A stretch of 64,000 bases of DNA, taken from positions 2,427-66,426 of the forward strand of contig CACBDX010000002.1 in NCBI GenBank assembly GCA_902538155.1, given 5' to 3'. The first letter of the stretch is position 1. Each line of letters opens with the position of its first letter. The DNA is from an uncultured Alphaproteobacteria bacterium. GTDB taxonomy: Bacteria > Pseudomonadota > Alphaproteobacteria > HIMB59 > GCA-002718135. Under the pieces are notes generated by a model, which ran no database searches, was not told the origin of the DNA, and saw only the letters and a program-made list of their open reading frames with translations. The translations under genes and the position numbers were made by a program. This document shows positions 1 through 10,209 of this stretch, piece by piece.

Positions 1-1
1 A

Positions 2-1531
2 GACGAGTTATCAAACGAAATAATTAACGTTTTAGAGCAGGCACGAGTAGAAGCTATTGGTAGTAATGAATTCAAGGGAATACAAAAAAATCTAAAAAAT
101 AGGTATATTAGAGATCTTAAAATTGGAAATACCAATAAAGATCAAAATTTATTAATTAAAGCATTTAAAAACGTAGCATTTGAAGAAATTGTTGGCGTGG
201 ATTTAGGTGAAAATAATAGTAGTTTTAAAAATATTGTAAAAGAAAAATTAAAAAAAGATTATTCAAACTTTTTTGCAGATTTAAAGAAATGTCTAAATGA
301 TCAGGAAAAATATACATCTACAATAGTTGAAAAACTAGATGAACTCGGATTACTTAATAACAATGTAAACAATACTCAGAACAAAGATATTAATCAAAAC
401 GATGAAGATGAAGATCAAGATAATGAAAATGAAAATAATGATGAACAAAAAAATGATGAACAAACTGAGTCAAATATTGAAATGCAAACAAGTGAAACAA
501 CTGTTGAGCAGTCAGTTTCATTAGAAGAAAATGATGATATGGGAGAAGAGAGTGGGGATACTGAACTAGATTATTTATCAGATAGAAAAATTTTAGAAAA
601 TTTAGAGAATTATAAAGTTTATGATTATAATTTTGATGAAATTATTAATGCTGAAGAACTTTGTGATATCAAAGAATTAGAGAAACTTAGACGAAATCTT
701 GATCAACAAGTATTTTCTTTTCAACCACTAATTGTTAAAATTGCCAATAGACTGCAAAGAAAACTTTTAGCTCAGCAAAATCGTCATTGGGATTTTAATA
801 TGGAAGAGGGTTTTCTTGATACTTCAAGATTAGCTAAAATTATAGCTAATCCAAATAATAAATTAAGCTACAAAATAGAAAAGGAAGTTGAATTTAAAGA
901 TACTATTGTGAGTCTTCTAATTGATAATTCTGGCTCAATGAGAGGGAGACCAATCACAGTTGCAGCCCTTTGTTCAGATATTTTAGCAAAAACATTGGAA
1001 AGATGCTTAATTAAATCTGAAATATTAGGGTTTACAACCAAAGCTTGGAAGGGAGGTAACTCTAGAGAAAAATGGATCAAAAATGGAAAGCCTTCTAATC
1101 CAGGCAGGTTAAATGATCTAAGACATATTATCTATAAATCTGCAGACTCACCATGGAGGAGATCAAAGAAAAATTTGGGCTTATTATTAAAAGAGGGAAT
1201 TTTGAAGGAAAATGTCGATGGAGAAGCTTTATCATGGGCTTATAATAGATTATCTTTTCGTAAGGAAAAAAGAAAAATTCTTATTGTTATAAGTGATGGT
1301 GCTCCAGTTGATGACTCAACACTTTCTGTAAATCCAGGTAATTATTTAGAAAAAAATTTGAGAGATATAATTGGTGAAATTGAAAAAAAAGATGAAATTG
1401 AATTAATTGCTATAGGAATTGGACATGATGTTTCAAGATACTATAGTAAGGCTGTAACAATAATGGATGTCGATCAGTTAGGAGAAGTATTATTAAATCA
1501 GTTATCTACTACTTTTCATTTAGATAATTAA
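2..1531 (+). CDS. cobT: Cobaltochelatase subunit CobT (vWA domain), 5'-truncated by the window
   Basis: Frame is open from position 2 (…[10 protein letters not shown]…). Acidic linker, then [13 protein letters not shown] segment and vWA MIDAS motifs [18 protein letters not shown] and [12 protein letters not shown]. Confidence 0.9.
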   Translation, partial: DELSNEIINVLEQARVEAIGSNEFKGIQKNLKNRYIRDLKIGNTNKDQNLLIKAFKNVAFEEIVGVDLGENNSSFKNIVKEKLKKDYSNFFADLKKCLNDQEKYTSTIVEKLDELGLLNNNVNNTQNKDINQNDEDEDQDNENENNDEQKNDEQTESNIEMQTSETTVEQSVSLEENDDMGEESGDTELDYLSDRKILENLENYKVYDYNFDEIINAEELCDIKELEKLRRNLDQQVFSFQPLIVKIANRLQRKLLAQQNRHWDFNMEEGFLDTSRLAKIIANPNNKLSYKIEKEVEFKDTIVSLLIDNSGSMRGRPITVAALCSDILAKTLERCLIKSEILGFTTKAWKGGNSREKWIKNGKPSNPGRLNDLRHIIYKSADSPWRRSKKNLGLLLKEGILKENVDGEALSWAYNRLSFRKEKRKILIVISDGAPVDDSTLSVNPGNYLEKNLRDIIGEIEKKDEIELIAIGIGHDVSRYYSKAVTIMDVDQLGEVLLNQLSTTFHLDN

Positions 1532-2727
1532 GAACTGAACCATTTCTTTTTTGCATTTTCAAAATCATTATTATCAATTGAGCTTCTAACTTCTTTCATA
1601 AGATTATTCATAAAATATATATTATGATTAGTTAGCAGTTGTAATCCTAGTAATTCTTGTGCAGAAAAAAGATGATATAAATATGCCAGTGTAAAATTCT
1701 TACAAGTATAGCAATTACACTCATTATCAATTGGGTTTAAATTATTTTTATATTTAACATTTTTTAAGTTTATTTTTCCCTGTTTACCTTTTACTAAAGC
1801 TGATCCATGTCTAGCAATTCTAGTTGGGCTTACGCAATCAAATGTATCGATTCCATCTGCAACAAAATCCCATATATCCCTTGGATCGCCAATACCTAGC
1901 AAATGTACTGGACGAGAATTATCTAATTTAGAAGAAGTAAAATGAACTATATCTTTCATTTCATCTTTATTTGATCCTAAACTACCACCAATAGCAATTC
2001 CAAAAGTATTGATTTTTTCTGTGTTAAATTCAATGCTTTCTTCTCTTAAATCTTTGTAAATCCCACCTTGAATGATCCCATACATTTCTTGTCTACCTGC
2101 TGAGCCATTTTTAGGACTATAATTAAGTTTAGAGTTAAACGCATTGATTGATCTTAAAGACCATCTATGACTTCTCAACATAGAATCAGATGTGTACATT
2201 TTATCTACATTATAAGGAGTGCATTCATCAAAAACTAAGATGAAGTCTGCGCCAAGATTTCTTTGAACCTCTATTGATTTTTCAGGAGATAACATGTGAG
2301 TAGAACCATCTATATAGGACTTGAATAACGCGCCCTCTTCATTCAAATTTATTAAAGTTTTTTTATTTTTTGAATTAGTTTTTCGCCCTTTTATCTCATC
2401 TGCAACTGAGCCATGTCCCAGAGAAAAAATTTGAAATCCACCACTATCTGTTAACATAGGCCCATCCCAACCCGTAAATTTATGCAGACCGCCATGTTGA
2501 GCTATTAGTTCGCTACCTGGTTGAAGCATTAAATGGTATGTATTGGATAGTATAATTTGTGTATTATTTTTTTTTGCTTCATGAGTAGAAAAAGATTTTA
2601 GTGCAGCTTTTGTTGCACAGAAAATAAATGCTGGAGTTTCAATATCACCGTGTGGTGTAGAAATTTTTCCTGTTCTTGCTTTATTATTTTTATTTATTTT
2701 TTTAACTTTCCAAGAAAAGTTAGTCAT
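1528..2727 (-). CDS. tgt: tRNA-guanine transglycosylase
   Basis: Motifs [35 protein letters not shown] and Zn site CxCxxC…H. Start placed at ATG 2727, overlapping the upstream stop. Confidence 0.95.
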   Translation of the reverse strand: MTNFSWKVKKINKNNKARTGKISTPHGDIETPAFIFCATKAALKSFSTHEAKKNNTQIILSNTYHLMLQPGSELIAQHGGLHKFTGWDGPMLTDSGGFQIFSLGHGSVADEIKGRKTNSKNKKTLINLNEEGALFKSYIDGSTHMLSPEKSIEVQRNLGADFILVFDECTPYNVDKMYTSDSMLRSHRWSLRSINAFNSKLNYSPKNGSAGRQEMYGIIQGGIYKDLREESIEFNTEKINTFGIAIGGSLGSNKDEMKDIVHFTSSKLDNSRPVHLLGIGDPRDIWDFVADGIDTFDCVSPTRIARHGSALVKGKQGKINLKNVKYKNNLNPIDNECNCYTCKNFTLAYLYHLFSAQELLGLQLLTNHNIYFMNNLMKEVRSSIDNNDFENAKKKWFSS

Positions 2728-3460
2728 TAGTTTTTGGGACAAAAAACTTAGCTATATAAATAAAAGGAGTGTCAAGTAGGGCTATAAATATTCTAAGAAG
2801 ATAAGTGCCTAAAATATAAATCATTATGACATTATACACACTTACTGGTTCAGGATTTAATAAGATCCAAGCAAATATACTAAAGACAGTATTATCAACC
2901 AAAGAGGAGATAATTGTAGATAAATTGTTTCTTAACCAGAGAGACTTACCTGATAAAGTTTGTTTCAAATAGTTAAAGAACCAAACATCAAAATATTGGC
3001 TTATTAAATATGCTATCATGCTAGCAAAGAAAAATCTTGTCATGGGAGTAAATACATTTGATAAACTCTCTTGTACCCAATCTGCATCTGATGGTTGAAA
3101 ACCAATAGTAATTACCATTAGCAAAGTCATAAATAAGAAAGCACTGAAACCGATTAAAATATTAATTCTAGCTTTTTCCTTTCCATAATATTCAGATAAA
3201 ATATCAGTACATAAAAATGTTGATGCAAAAAGAATAGTTCCTAATGCTACCGGTTCGGGTGAATAAAAAAAGTCTACTGTTTTTAAAACTTGAATATTTC
3301 CTGCAATTACAGCTAGTGCAGAATAGATAAAAATTCCTATATATCCAAATATCCTTAAAAAAATAAGAATAGAAAAAAAACAAAAAAGTAGCATTATGAA
3401 CCACATTAGTTCAGTGCTAAGAGAATTAAGTATTGTTGTTAATTCAAAGAAAAATCCCAT
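2720..3460 (-). CDS. yhhQ: Queuosine precursor transporter (YhhQ/VUT family)
   Basis: Multi-TM protein with TDILSEYYG, AYLISQYFDV, RNNLST…VDN and DTPFIY motifs; overlaps tgt. Confidence 0.85.
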   Translation of the reverse strand: MGFFFELTTILNSLSTELMWFIMLLFCFFSILIFLRIFGYIGIFIYSALAVIAGNIQVLKTVDFFYSPEPVALGTILFASTFLCTDILSEYYGKEKARINILIGFSAFLFMTLLMVITIGFQPSDADWVQESLSNVFTPMTRFFFASMIAYLISQYFDVWFFNYLKQTLSGKSLWLRNNLSTIISSLVDNTVFSIFAWILLNPEPVSVYNVIMIYILGTYLLRIFIALLDTPFIYIAKFFVPKTND

Positions 3461-3469
3461 TACAAAAAT

Positions 3470-3751
3470 TTAATTAGATTTTGATAGAATAGTTTTTTTT
3501 AATTTTTTAGCTTTTAACGGTAATTTAGAATTAGGTGTATTTATTAGAAATTCATCTAAACCACCTTTTTTTTCAACTGTTCGAATTGTGCTAACTGCAA
3601 CTTTCAATTGGAATTTTTGACCTAAAACTTCACTAACAAATGTTATATTCTGAAGATTTGGTTTAAAACGTCTTTTTGTTCTATTTTTAGCATGACTAAC
3701 GTTATTACCAGTTTGAAAGGATTTTCCAGTTAATTCACATCGCATTGACAT
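3470..3751 (-). CDS. rpmB: 50S ribosomal protein L28
   Basis: RCELTGK…GNNVSHAKNRTKRRFKPNL. Confidence 0.97.
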   Translation of the reverse strand: MSMRCELTGKSFQTGNNVSHAKNRTKRRFKPNLQNITFVSEVLGQKFQLKVAVSTIRTVEKKGGLDEFLINTPNSKLPLKAKKLKKTILSKSN

Positions 3752-3759
3752 AGTGAAGT

Positions 3760-3789
3760 TGCATGTAAATATAAATATTACTTTGTCAA
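3760..3789 (-). promoter_or_regulatory. Putative sigma70 promoter of rpmB
   Basis: Perfect TTGACA on the minus strand at 3784-3789, followed by an AT-rich spacer; the -10 is degenerate. Confidence 0.5.
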
Positions 3790-3794
3790 GTATT

Positions 3795-4631
3795 CTAAAT
3801 ACTAAATTTATCTATGATATAAGTCGGGTTTATCTGATGATTTTTAATTAAATTATTTATTTTATTTAAATCTTTATGAATACCAGATTTTACTAAAACA
3901 CTATCTATTTCAAAATTATTAGCTCCTTGAATATCATGAAATAATGAGTCTCCAATAGCTAATGTTCTTTTTTTATCTAAATTAATTTTATTAGTGGTTT
4001 CAGCGTATATGCTTACATCAGGCTTCCCTTTTATAATAACATTTCCACCCATTTTTTTATATATTTCACCAATAGCACCCATACAAAAGACATTATTGTT
4101 GCTGTTACTTTCAACAGTTTCAAAGTCAGGGTTTGCACAATACATTGTTATTTCTTTTTTATAAGCTACTTCTAGAAGTGGAATGTAGTCTATTGGCTGT
4201 AAATTTATAAAAGGAGTACAAGCTAAAATTAAATCTGCTTCTTCTACTTTTTCTACAAAATTAAAATTTAAACCATCTCTAAAATCTAGACCATCCTCTT
4301 TTTCCTCATCATAAATATGAAAACAATTTTTTTTATTTTTATCACCTAAAAATTTTTTTTTAAGTAATTGCCAAATCATTTCTCCACTTGTCACTGTATT
4401 TATAAAAGATTTTTTTTTAAAACCAAGTTCTGGCAATCTATCAATAGATGATTTTGATCTTTTTGATGAATTTGAAATTATAAACAAATTTTTATTATTA
4501 CTATTGAGAATATTAATAGAATCAAAAGCATGATCATATCCAAATGTTCCGTCATGCATTACACCCCATTGATCAATTATAAAATTTTCATAATCATAAA
4601 TAATTTCTTCAATGGATTTAATTTCTTTCAC
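3795..4631 (-). CDS. HAD-superfamily class IIA hydrolase (TIGR01459-like)
   Basis: DQWGVMHDG, SNS, CANPD, GKP and GDSLFHDIQGA motifs. Confidence 0.85.
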   Translation of the reverse strand: MKEIKSIEEIIYDYENFIIDQWGVMHDGTFGYDHAFDSINILNSNNKNLFIISNSSKRSKSSIDRLPELGFKKKSFINTVTSGEMIWQLLKKKFLGDKNKKNCFHIYDEEKEDGLDFRDGLNFNFVEKVEEADLILACTPFINLQPIDYIPLLEVAYKKEITMYCANPDFETVESNSNNNVFCMGAIGEIYKKMGGNVIIKGKPDVSIYAETTNKINLDKKRTLAIGDSLFHDIQGANNFEIDSVLVKSGIHKDLNKINNLIKNHQINPTYIIDKFSI

Positions 4632-4633
4632 TA

Positions 4634-5689
4634 CTATACTGATTTTCCAATAACGTCAGATACATTTTTATATCCATCTGTTTTAATTAGGTCAATCAAG
4701 TCACCTTTCATATTATTGATTAAATTTGGACCAGAATAAACCAAAGCCGTGTATAACTGAACTAAAGAAGCACCAGATTTAATTTTTTCGTAACAGTCTC
4801 TTCCACTTGATATACCGCCCACTCCTATTAATGGTATTTGACCATTTGTTAAATCATACATTTTTTTCAAAATTATATTTGAGTTATTGTAAAGAGGTTT
4901 ACCACTTAAACCGCCTTTTTTCCCTTTGTTTATAGAAATTAAATTGCTCTCTCTTTTTATAGTGCTATTTGTAAGTATTAATCCATCTATGTTGTTAGCT
5001 AAGGAGATTAAAGCTATATCTCTTAGTTGATCTTCATTTAAATCAGGTGAAATTTTAATTAATATTGGCTTGGTATTAATGTTTTTTATTTCATCTCTTT
5101 TATCTATAATTTTTTTAATTAATTTTTCTATATTTCCTCTCAATTGTAGATCTCTCAATCCTTCAGTATTTGGTGAAGATATATTTATAGTAATATAGCT
5201 TGCCAAATCGCCTAACTCTTCTAAACATTTTAGATAATCATCAATAGCTTCAATTGAATTTTTATTTTTTCCAATATTAACTCCTACAATTTTATTATTT
5301 AAGTGTGATTTTTGATGTTTAATTAAATTTTTTTTTACATTTTTTATACCCTTATTATTAAATCCTAAACAATTAATAATGGCTTTATCTTCACTTAATC
5401 TAAATACTCTAGGTTTAGAGTTTCCATTTTGAGGTTGTGGAGTGATTGTGCCAACTTCAAGAAATCCAAAACCAAATGAAAACATGGAATGCATCACTTC
5501 AGCATTTTTATCAAAACCAGCAGCGAGTCCTATAGGATTTGCAAAATCTAAACCCATTAGATGTTGTGCAAGAATAGGATCCTCAATATTTTTTTGTCTT
5601 ACTTTGAAATATTTTAAAAAATTAATTGTAATAGTATGAGATATCTCGGGAGGTAATAATCTTAATATTTTTAATGAACTATTGTACAA
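4634..5689 (-). CDS. pyrD: Quinone-dependent dihydroorotate dehydrogenase
   Basis: GLAAGFDKN, NIGKN, NISSPNT, KISPD, GGLSG, SLVQLYT. Confidence 0.95.
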   Translation of the reverse strand: MYNSSLKILRLLPPEISHTITINFLKYFKVRQKNIEDPILAQHLMGLDFANPIGLAAGFDKNAEVMHSMFSFGFGFLEVGTITPQPQNGNSKPRVFRLSEDKAIINCLGFNNKGIKNVKKNLIKHQKSHLNNKIVGVNIGKNKNSIEAIDDYLKCLEELGDLASYITINISSPNTEGLRDLQLRGNIEKLIKKIIDKRDEIKNINTKPILIKISPDLNEDQLRDIALISLANNIDGLILTNSTIKRESNLISINKGKKGGLSGKPLYNNSNIILKKMYDLTNGQIPLIGVGGISSGRDCYEKIKSGASLVQLYTALVYSGPNLINNMKGDLIDLIKTDGYKNVSDVIGKSV

Positions 5690-5693
5690 TAAA

Positions 5694-7277
5694 TTAATTA
5701 TCTATTAATTTTTTTAGATAATCAATAGTTTCTCTTAATCCAAATAATTTAAAAAATGATCCTAGTCTGGGACCTTGATCCTGACCAAGCATTACTTGGT
5801 ATACTAGTTTAAAAAAATCTTTTAAGTTTTCAAATTCGTGTTTTTTTCCTACTTCGTATAATAATGTTTGAATATCTTCAGATGAGCTGTTTTCAGTAAC
5901 ATCATTTTCTAAAACATTAATAATATCAATAAATACCTCTTTATTACTAATATCAATCTCTAAAAATTTCTTTTTAGGCAAAATAAAATCTTCATAGTAA
6001 TTTAGTGCAAAGTCTATAAGGCGATCAAATTCAGGATTATTATCAGCGTTAATTTGATCATCATATTTATTAATAAAAGACCATATTACTTTTTTATCAT
6101 TAGAATTAGATACATTTACTAGGTTAGTAAGGGTGTTGAAATTTATTTCTGATTTAAATTTTTTAGGTTTTCCTGAGTGAATATGCCAAATTGGATTATC
6201 ATACTGTTTATTTTTATCTAAACTTGAGTATGCATTATAATAAGAAAGATAATCATCTACAGTTTTAGGAATTACATCAAAGTGAAGTTTTTTTGCTGAT
6301 TTTGGTTTTTGGAACATATAGAGTGCAAGACTTTCAGGAGAAGCATAGCGCAGCCACTCATCAACACTAATACCATTACCAACTGACTTAGAAATTTTTT
6401 CACCCTTTTCATCTAAAAACATTTCATAAATTAGATTAGTAGGTGGTTTCTTATTTAATGCTTTACAAATCTTGGATCCTAAATCAACACTTTCTGTAAG
6501 ATCTTTACCGCACATTTCATAATCAACATCAAATGACATCCATCTCATTGCCCAATCTACTTTCCATTGTAACTTACATTTTCCATTAATTACCTCTGTT
6601 TCAACTAACTTGTCTAAAGATGGATCCTTGTAAATAATTGTTTTTGAATCCATTTTATATTCTTCAATTTTTACTTGGAGTACCTCACCTGAATTTTCAC
6701 TTATTGGAAGAAATGGACTATAAGTTTCTTTTCTCTCTGCTCTTAAAGTAGGTAAAATAATATCTAATATTTTTCGATAGTTTTCAAATATATTTAATAT
6801 TGTTTCATTAAAGTCTCCACTTTGATATTTCTCTGTTGAGCTAACAAATTCATAATCAAAATTAAACTCATCTAAAAAACTTCTAAGTTTTGCATTATTA
6901 TGATGTCCAAAACTTTCAAATTTACCAAATGGATCTGGTATAGAAGTAAGTGGCTTACCTATAAATTTTTCTAACATTTCTTTATTTGGAACATTTTCAG
7001 GAACTTTTCTTAATCCGTCCATATCATCAGAAAAAGTGATCAGTTTTGCTGGGCAATCAATTATAGAGCTAAAAGCATTTTTTACCATTGATGTTCTTAC
7101 AACTTCACCAAAAGTTCCAATATGAGGTAAACCTGAGGGACCATAACCAGTTTCTAGTAATACATATCCCTTGGATGGAATTTTAAAGTTTTGTAAACCA
7201 CCATTTTTTTTAATGATTTGTAATGCTTCTTTAAAAGGCCAAGCTTTTAAGGATTGTACTAATTTTTGATCAATCAT
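5694..7277 (-). CDS. lysS: Lysine--tRNA ligase, class I
   Basis: ETGYGPSGLPHIGT (HIGH), KISKS (KMSKS), GPRLG. Confidence 0.95.
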   Translation of the reverse strand: MIDQKLVQSLKAWPFKEALQIIKKNGGLQNFKIPSKGYVLLETGYGPSGLPHIGTFGEVVRTSMVKNAFSSIIDCPAKLITFSDDMDGLRKVPENVPNKEMLEKFIGKPLTSIPDPFGKFESFGHHNNAKLRSFLDEFNFDYEFVSSTEKYQSGDFNETILNIFENYRKILDIILPTLRAERKETYSPFLPISENSGEVLQVKIEEYKMDSKTIIYKDPSLDKLVETEVINGKCKLQWKVDWAMRWMSFDVDYEMCGKDLTESVDLGSKICKALNKKPPTNLIYEMFLDEKGEKISKSVGNGISVDEWLRYASPESLALYMFQKPKSAKKLHFDVIPKTVDDYLSYYNAYSSLDKNKQYDNPIWHIHSGKPKKFKSEINFNTLTNLVNVSNSNDKKVIWSFINKYDDQINADNNPEFDRLIDFALNYYEDFILPKKKFLEIDISNKEVFIDIINVLENDVTENSSSEDIQTLLYEVGKKHEFENLKDFFKLVYQVMLGQDQGPRLGSFFKLFGLRETIDYLKKLIDN

Positions 7278-7731
7278 TTAATTTTGCTCTAATTCTAATT
7301 TTTTTACCCAATAGCAACTTTAATGAATTTGTGAAATTAAAAATTTCAGATCCTAATTTATTAAATAATTCATTTTCTAAATCTACAATATTATCAATAA
7401 TATTATTAATTAAATCATTCCCTGCTGCAGTTAGAATTAAACTATCAGATCTTTTATCTTGTGGCTGTTGTTTTGATATTAACTTCTTTTCTTCTAGATT
7501 AGAAACACGTAAGCTAACAACTGATCTATCAATAGATGCATTTTTACATATATCCTGTTGAGTAATATTTATGTTTTCTTGCCCTAATAAATAAATTGTC
7601 TCGAGAATAAGATATTCATTTAATGTGATTTGACTCTCTTTTAATTTATGTCTTACTTTAGATTGCCATAAGTTTGATGTTTGCCAAATTAATAATGCTA
7701 ATCTATTCTCATTAAGAGAAGTGTCTGCCAT
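7270..7731 (-). CDS. MarR-family transcriptional regulator
   Basis: Winged HTH: TQQDI…IDRSVVS…LEEKKLI…DKRS…LT..G. Confidence 0.8.
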   Translation of the reverse strand: MADTSLNENRLALLIWQTSNLWQSKVRHKLKESQITLNEYLILETIYLLGQENINITQQDICKNASIDRSVVSLRVSNLEEKKLISKQQPQDKRSDSLILTAAGNDLINNIIDNIVDLENELFNKLGSEIFNFTNSLKLLLGKKIRIRAKLND

Positions 7732-7737
7732 AGTTTT

Positions 7738-7776
7738 TATACAAACTGTTTGTATACAAATTAAAATTTATGTCAA
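7738..7776 (-). promoter_or_regulatory. marR promoter with palindromic operator
   Basis: Perfect inverted repeat TATACAAAC-T-GTTTGTATA at 7738-7756; TTGACA on the minus strand at 7771-7776. Confidence 0.65.
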
Positions 7777-7778
7777 TA

Positions 7779-8090
7779 CTATTCTGGTGCAATTTCTATC
7801 TCTAGGCCATCAAGCTCTTCAGAAAGCTCAATTTGACAAGATAATCTGGAATTATTTTTAACATCAAAAGCTTGATCTAGCATAGATTCTTCATCATCAT
7901 TCATATTTTTCAGCTTGTTTGTCCATTTTTCATTGATATAAACATGACAGGTAGCGCAAGCACAACATCCTCCACAGGAAGCCTCAATATCGTAGCCATT
8001 ATCTCTAAGGGTTTCCATTAATGTAAAATTACTATCATATTCAATTTCAGACTTTTTACCTGATCTATCTGTGATTATTAACTTTGGCAT
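7779..8090 (-). CDS. [2Fe-2S] ferredoxin (adrenodoxin type)
   Basis: CGGCCACATCHV…SRLSCQI. Confidence 0.92.
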   Translation of the reverse strand: MPKLIITDRSGKKSEIEYDSNFTLMETLRDNGYDIEASCGGCCACATCHVYINEKWTNKLKNMNDDEESMLDQAFDVKNNSRLSCQIELSEELDGLEIEIAPE

Positions 8091-9100
8091 TAAACGCCTA
8101 GTTTTTTTTGAAGTTCTTTGGAAGATGTTGTGTATCTAAAAATGTTTTTTTTATCAGGAAAGCAATACTTAAATACTTCTTGAGCCATTAAGGCAGACTC
8201 GTGAAATCCTGATAGAATAAGCTTAAGTTTTCCTGGGTACCAATTTATATCACCTATCGCAAAAATTGAAGGTGTAGAGGTTTGAAATTTTTCAGTGTCC
8301 ACTTTAATTAAGTTCTCGTGTAAATTTAGACCCCATTCCGCAATTGGACCTAGTTCCATTTTTAAACCAAAAAATGGTAAAAGATAATCTACTTCAATAT
8401 TTGATTTTTCATCATCATTTTCGTATTCTAGCATTATTCTACTATCTTGAATTTCAGAAATCTTTTTTATTTGGCCCTTTAAAAATTTAATTTTTCCTTT
8501 TGTTTCTAATTCTTGCATTTTTGAGACAGAATCAGGCGCTGCCCTAAACTCTTTTCTTCTATGTATTAGAGTTACTTTGGAATCCTTAGATAGTTCATTT
8601 GTCCAATCCAAAGCAGAGTCTCCTCCTCCTGCAATTAAGATTTTTTTATTCTTAAATATTGATTTGTCTCGAATTGCGTAAAAAACATTTTTGTTTTCGA
8701 AATTCTCAATATTCTCAATTGGTGGTTTTCGCGGCACAAAACTTCCTGCCCCTGCTGCCACTACTATACATTTTGCTTCAACTTTTGTTCCAATATTAGT
8801 TTCTACAATCCAACCATATTCTGTTTTAGCAATTCTCTCGACTTGTTGGTTGAGATGAAATTTAGGTTTAAAAGGGTTTATCTGCTTAATTAACTCGTCA
8901 GTTAATTCTTGTCCTGTTACAACAGGTCTTGAGGGAATATCATAAATTGGTTTTTCTGGATACAATTCAGCACACTGACCTCCTACCTTATCTAAATTAT
9001 CAACTAAATGACATTTTATATTTAAAAGACCTAATTCAAATACAGCAAATAAGCCTACCGGACCTGCACCTATAATTACTACATCAGTTTTATCTGTCAT
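8090..9100 (-). CDS. Ferredoxin--NADP reductase (thioredoxin-reductase-like)
   Basis: GAGPVG, GGQC.ELYPEKPIYD, GGGDSA, HRR, GDI…KLKLILSGFHE; no CxxC; coupled to the ferredoxin gene. Confidence 0.85.
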   Translation of the reverse strand: MTDKTDVVIIGAGPVGLFAVFELGLLNIKCHLVDNLDKVGGQCAELYPEKPIYDIPSRPVVTGQELTDELIKQINPFKPKFHLNQQVERIAKTEYGWIVETNIGTKVEAKCIVVAAGAGSFVPRKPPIENIENFENKNVFYAIRDKSIFKNKKILIAGGGDSALDWTNELSKDSKVTLIHRRKEFRAAPDSVSKMQELETKGKIKFLKGQIKKISEIQDSRIMLEYENDDEKSNIEVDYLLPFFGLKMELGPIAEWGLNLHENLIKVDTEKFQTSTPSIFAIGDINWYPGKLKLILSGFHESALMAQEVFKYCFPDKKNIFRYTTSSKELQKKLGV

Positions 9101-9153
9101 ATGTGAAAAATAACAACTTTTTTTATTATTTCTAGGGATTATATATAATCTAA

Positions 9154-10209
9154 ATGAATTACGCTAATACTTCAAAATATTATAATCCTGCGATTTATAT
9201 ATGGCTATTAACAATAACCGCAATGGTTTTATTAATTATAGTAATAGGAGGTCTCACAAGATTAACAGACTCTGGACTTTCTATGACTGACTGGCGTCCA
9301 ATTTTAGGTGTAATTCCTCCACTGAGTTTAGAAAGTTGGTTGGTTGTATTCGAAATGTATAAACAAACACCAGAATATAAAATAGTTAACAAAAATATGA
9401 CGTTAAATGAGTTTAAATATATTTTTTGGTGGGAGTGGTTTCATAGAATATTTGCAAGAGCCATAGGAGTTGTCTTTTTAATACCATTAATTTATTTTAG
9501 TTTTAAAAAGCAAATTCAATCATCACTTTATATAAGGCTTGGTATTGTCTTTGTGTTTGGTTTGTTTCAAGCAGTTATTGGATGGTGGATGGTAAAGAGT
9601 GGTTTGACTGAAAATCCTTACGTAAGCCCTTACAGACTTACTTTTCATCTTTTAAATGCTCTTATAATTTTCTCTATACTATTATGGATAGCAATGGATT
9701 ACAGGTATTCTTCTAATATAAGTTTTTTATCTAATCCAAAGACAATTGAATTTTATATTTTAGTTGCTGTAATCTTAATATTTATCACAATTGCAACAGG
9801 TGGATTTATGGCAGGAACAAACTCTGGACAATCTTTTAATACTTTTCCACTAATGAATGGTAAAATTATACCTGATGATTACGTTATTGATGATTTAGGT
9901 ATTTATAATATTTTTGAAAATACAGTTGCAATAAATTTTAACCACCGTTGGTTATCAATATTTGTTTTTTTTTATATCCTTTTTGTTTGTTTTAAATTTA
10001 TTAAATTTGATAATAAAAATATATCTAGTACTCTTGTATATTTAGTTTTATTCTTTCTAACGTTACAAGTAATATTAGGTATTATAACTCTTTTAAGTAA
10101 TGTTTACTTACCAGTCGCAAGTTTACATCAAACTAATTCAATTTTGTTATTATCAACTTTATTAATTAGTTATCATCAAATTAAAATTAGAAAGGTTAAA
10201 GATGTCTAA
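9154..10209 (+). CDS. ctaA: Heme A synthase (COX15/CtaA type 2)
   Basis: GGLTRLTDSGLS, EWFHR, GWWMVKSGL, FNHR, SLHQ. Confidence 0.93.
   Translation: MNYANTSKYYNPAIYIWLLTITAMVLLIIVIGGLTRLTDSGLSMTDWRPILGVIPPLSLESWLVVFEMYKQTPEYKIVNKNMTLNEFKYIFWWEWFHRIFARAIGVVFLIPLIYFSFKKQIQSSLYIRLGIVFVFGLFQAVIGWWMVKSGLTENPYVSPYRLTFHLLNALIIFSILLWIAMDYRYSSNISFLSNPKTIEFYILVAVILIFITIATGGFMAGTNSGQSFNTFPLMNGKIIPDDYVIDDLGIYNIFENTVAINFNHRWLSIFVFFYILFVCFKFIKFDNKNISSTLVYLVLFFLTLQVILGIITLLSNVYLPVASLHQTNSILLLSTLLISYHQIKIRKVKDV

Noticed and set aside
350..570. GAT/GAA/AAT-rich repeat-like tract
   Set aside because: It encodes the normal acidic linker of CobT and is not a DNA repeat element.
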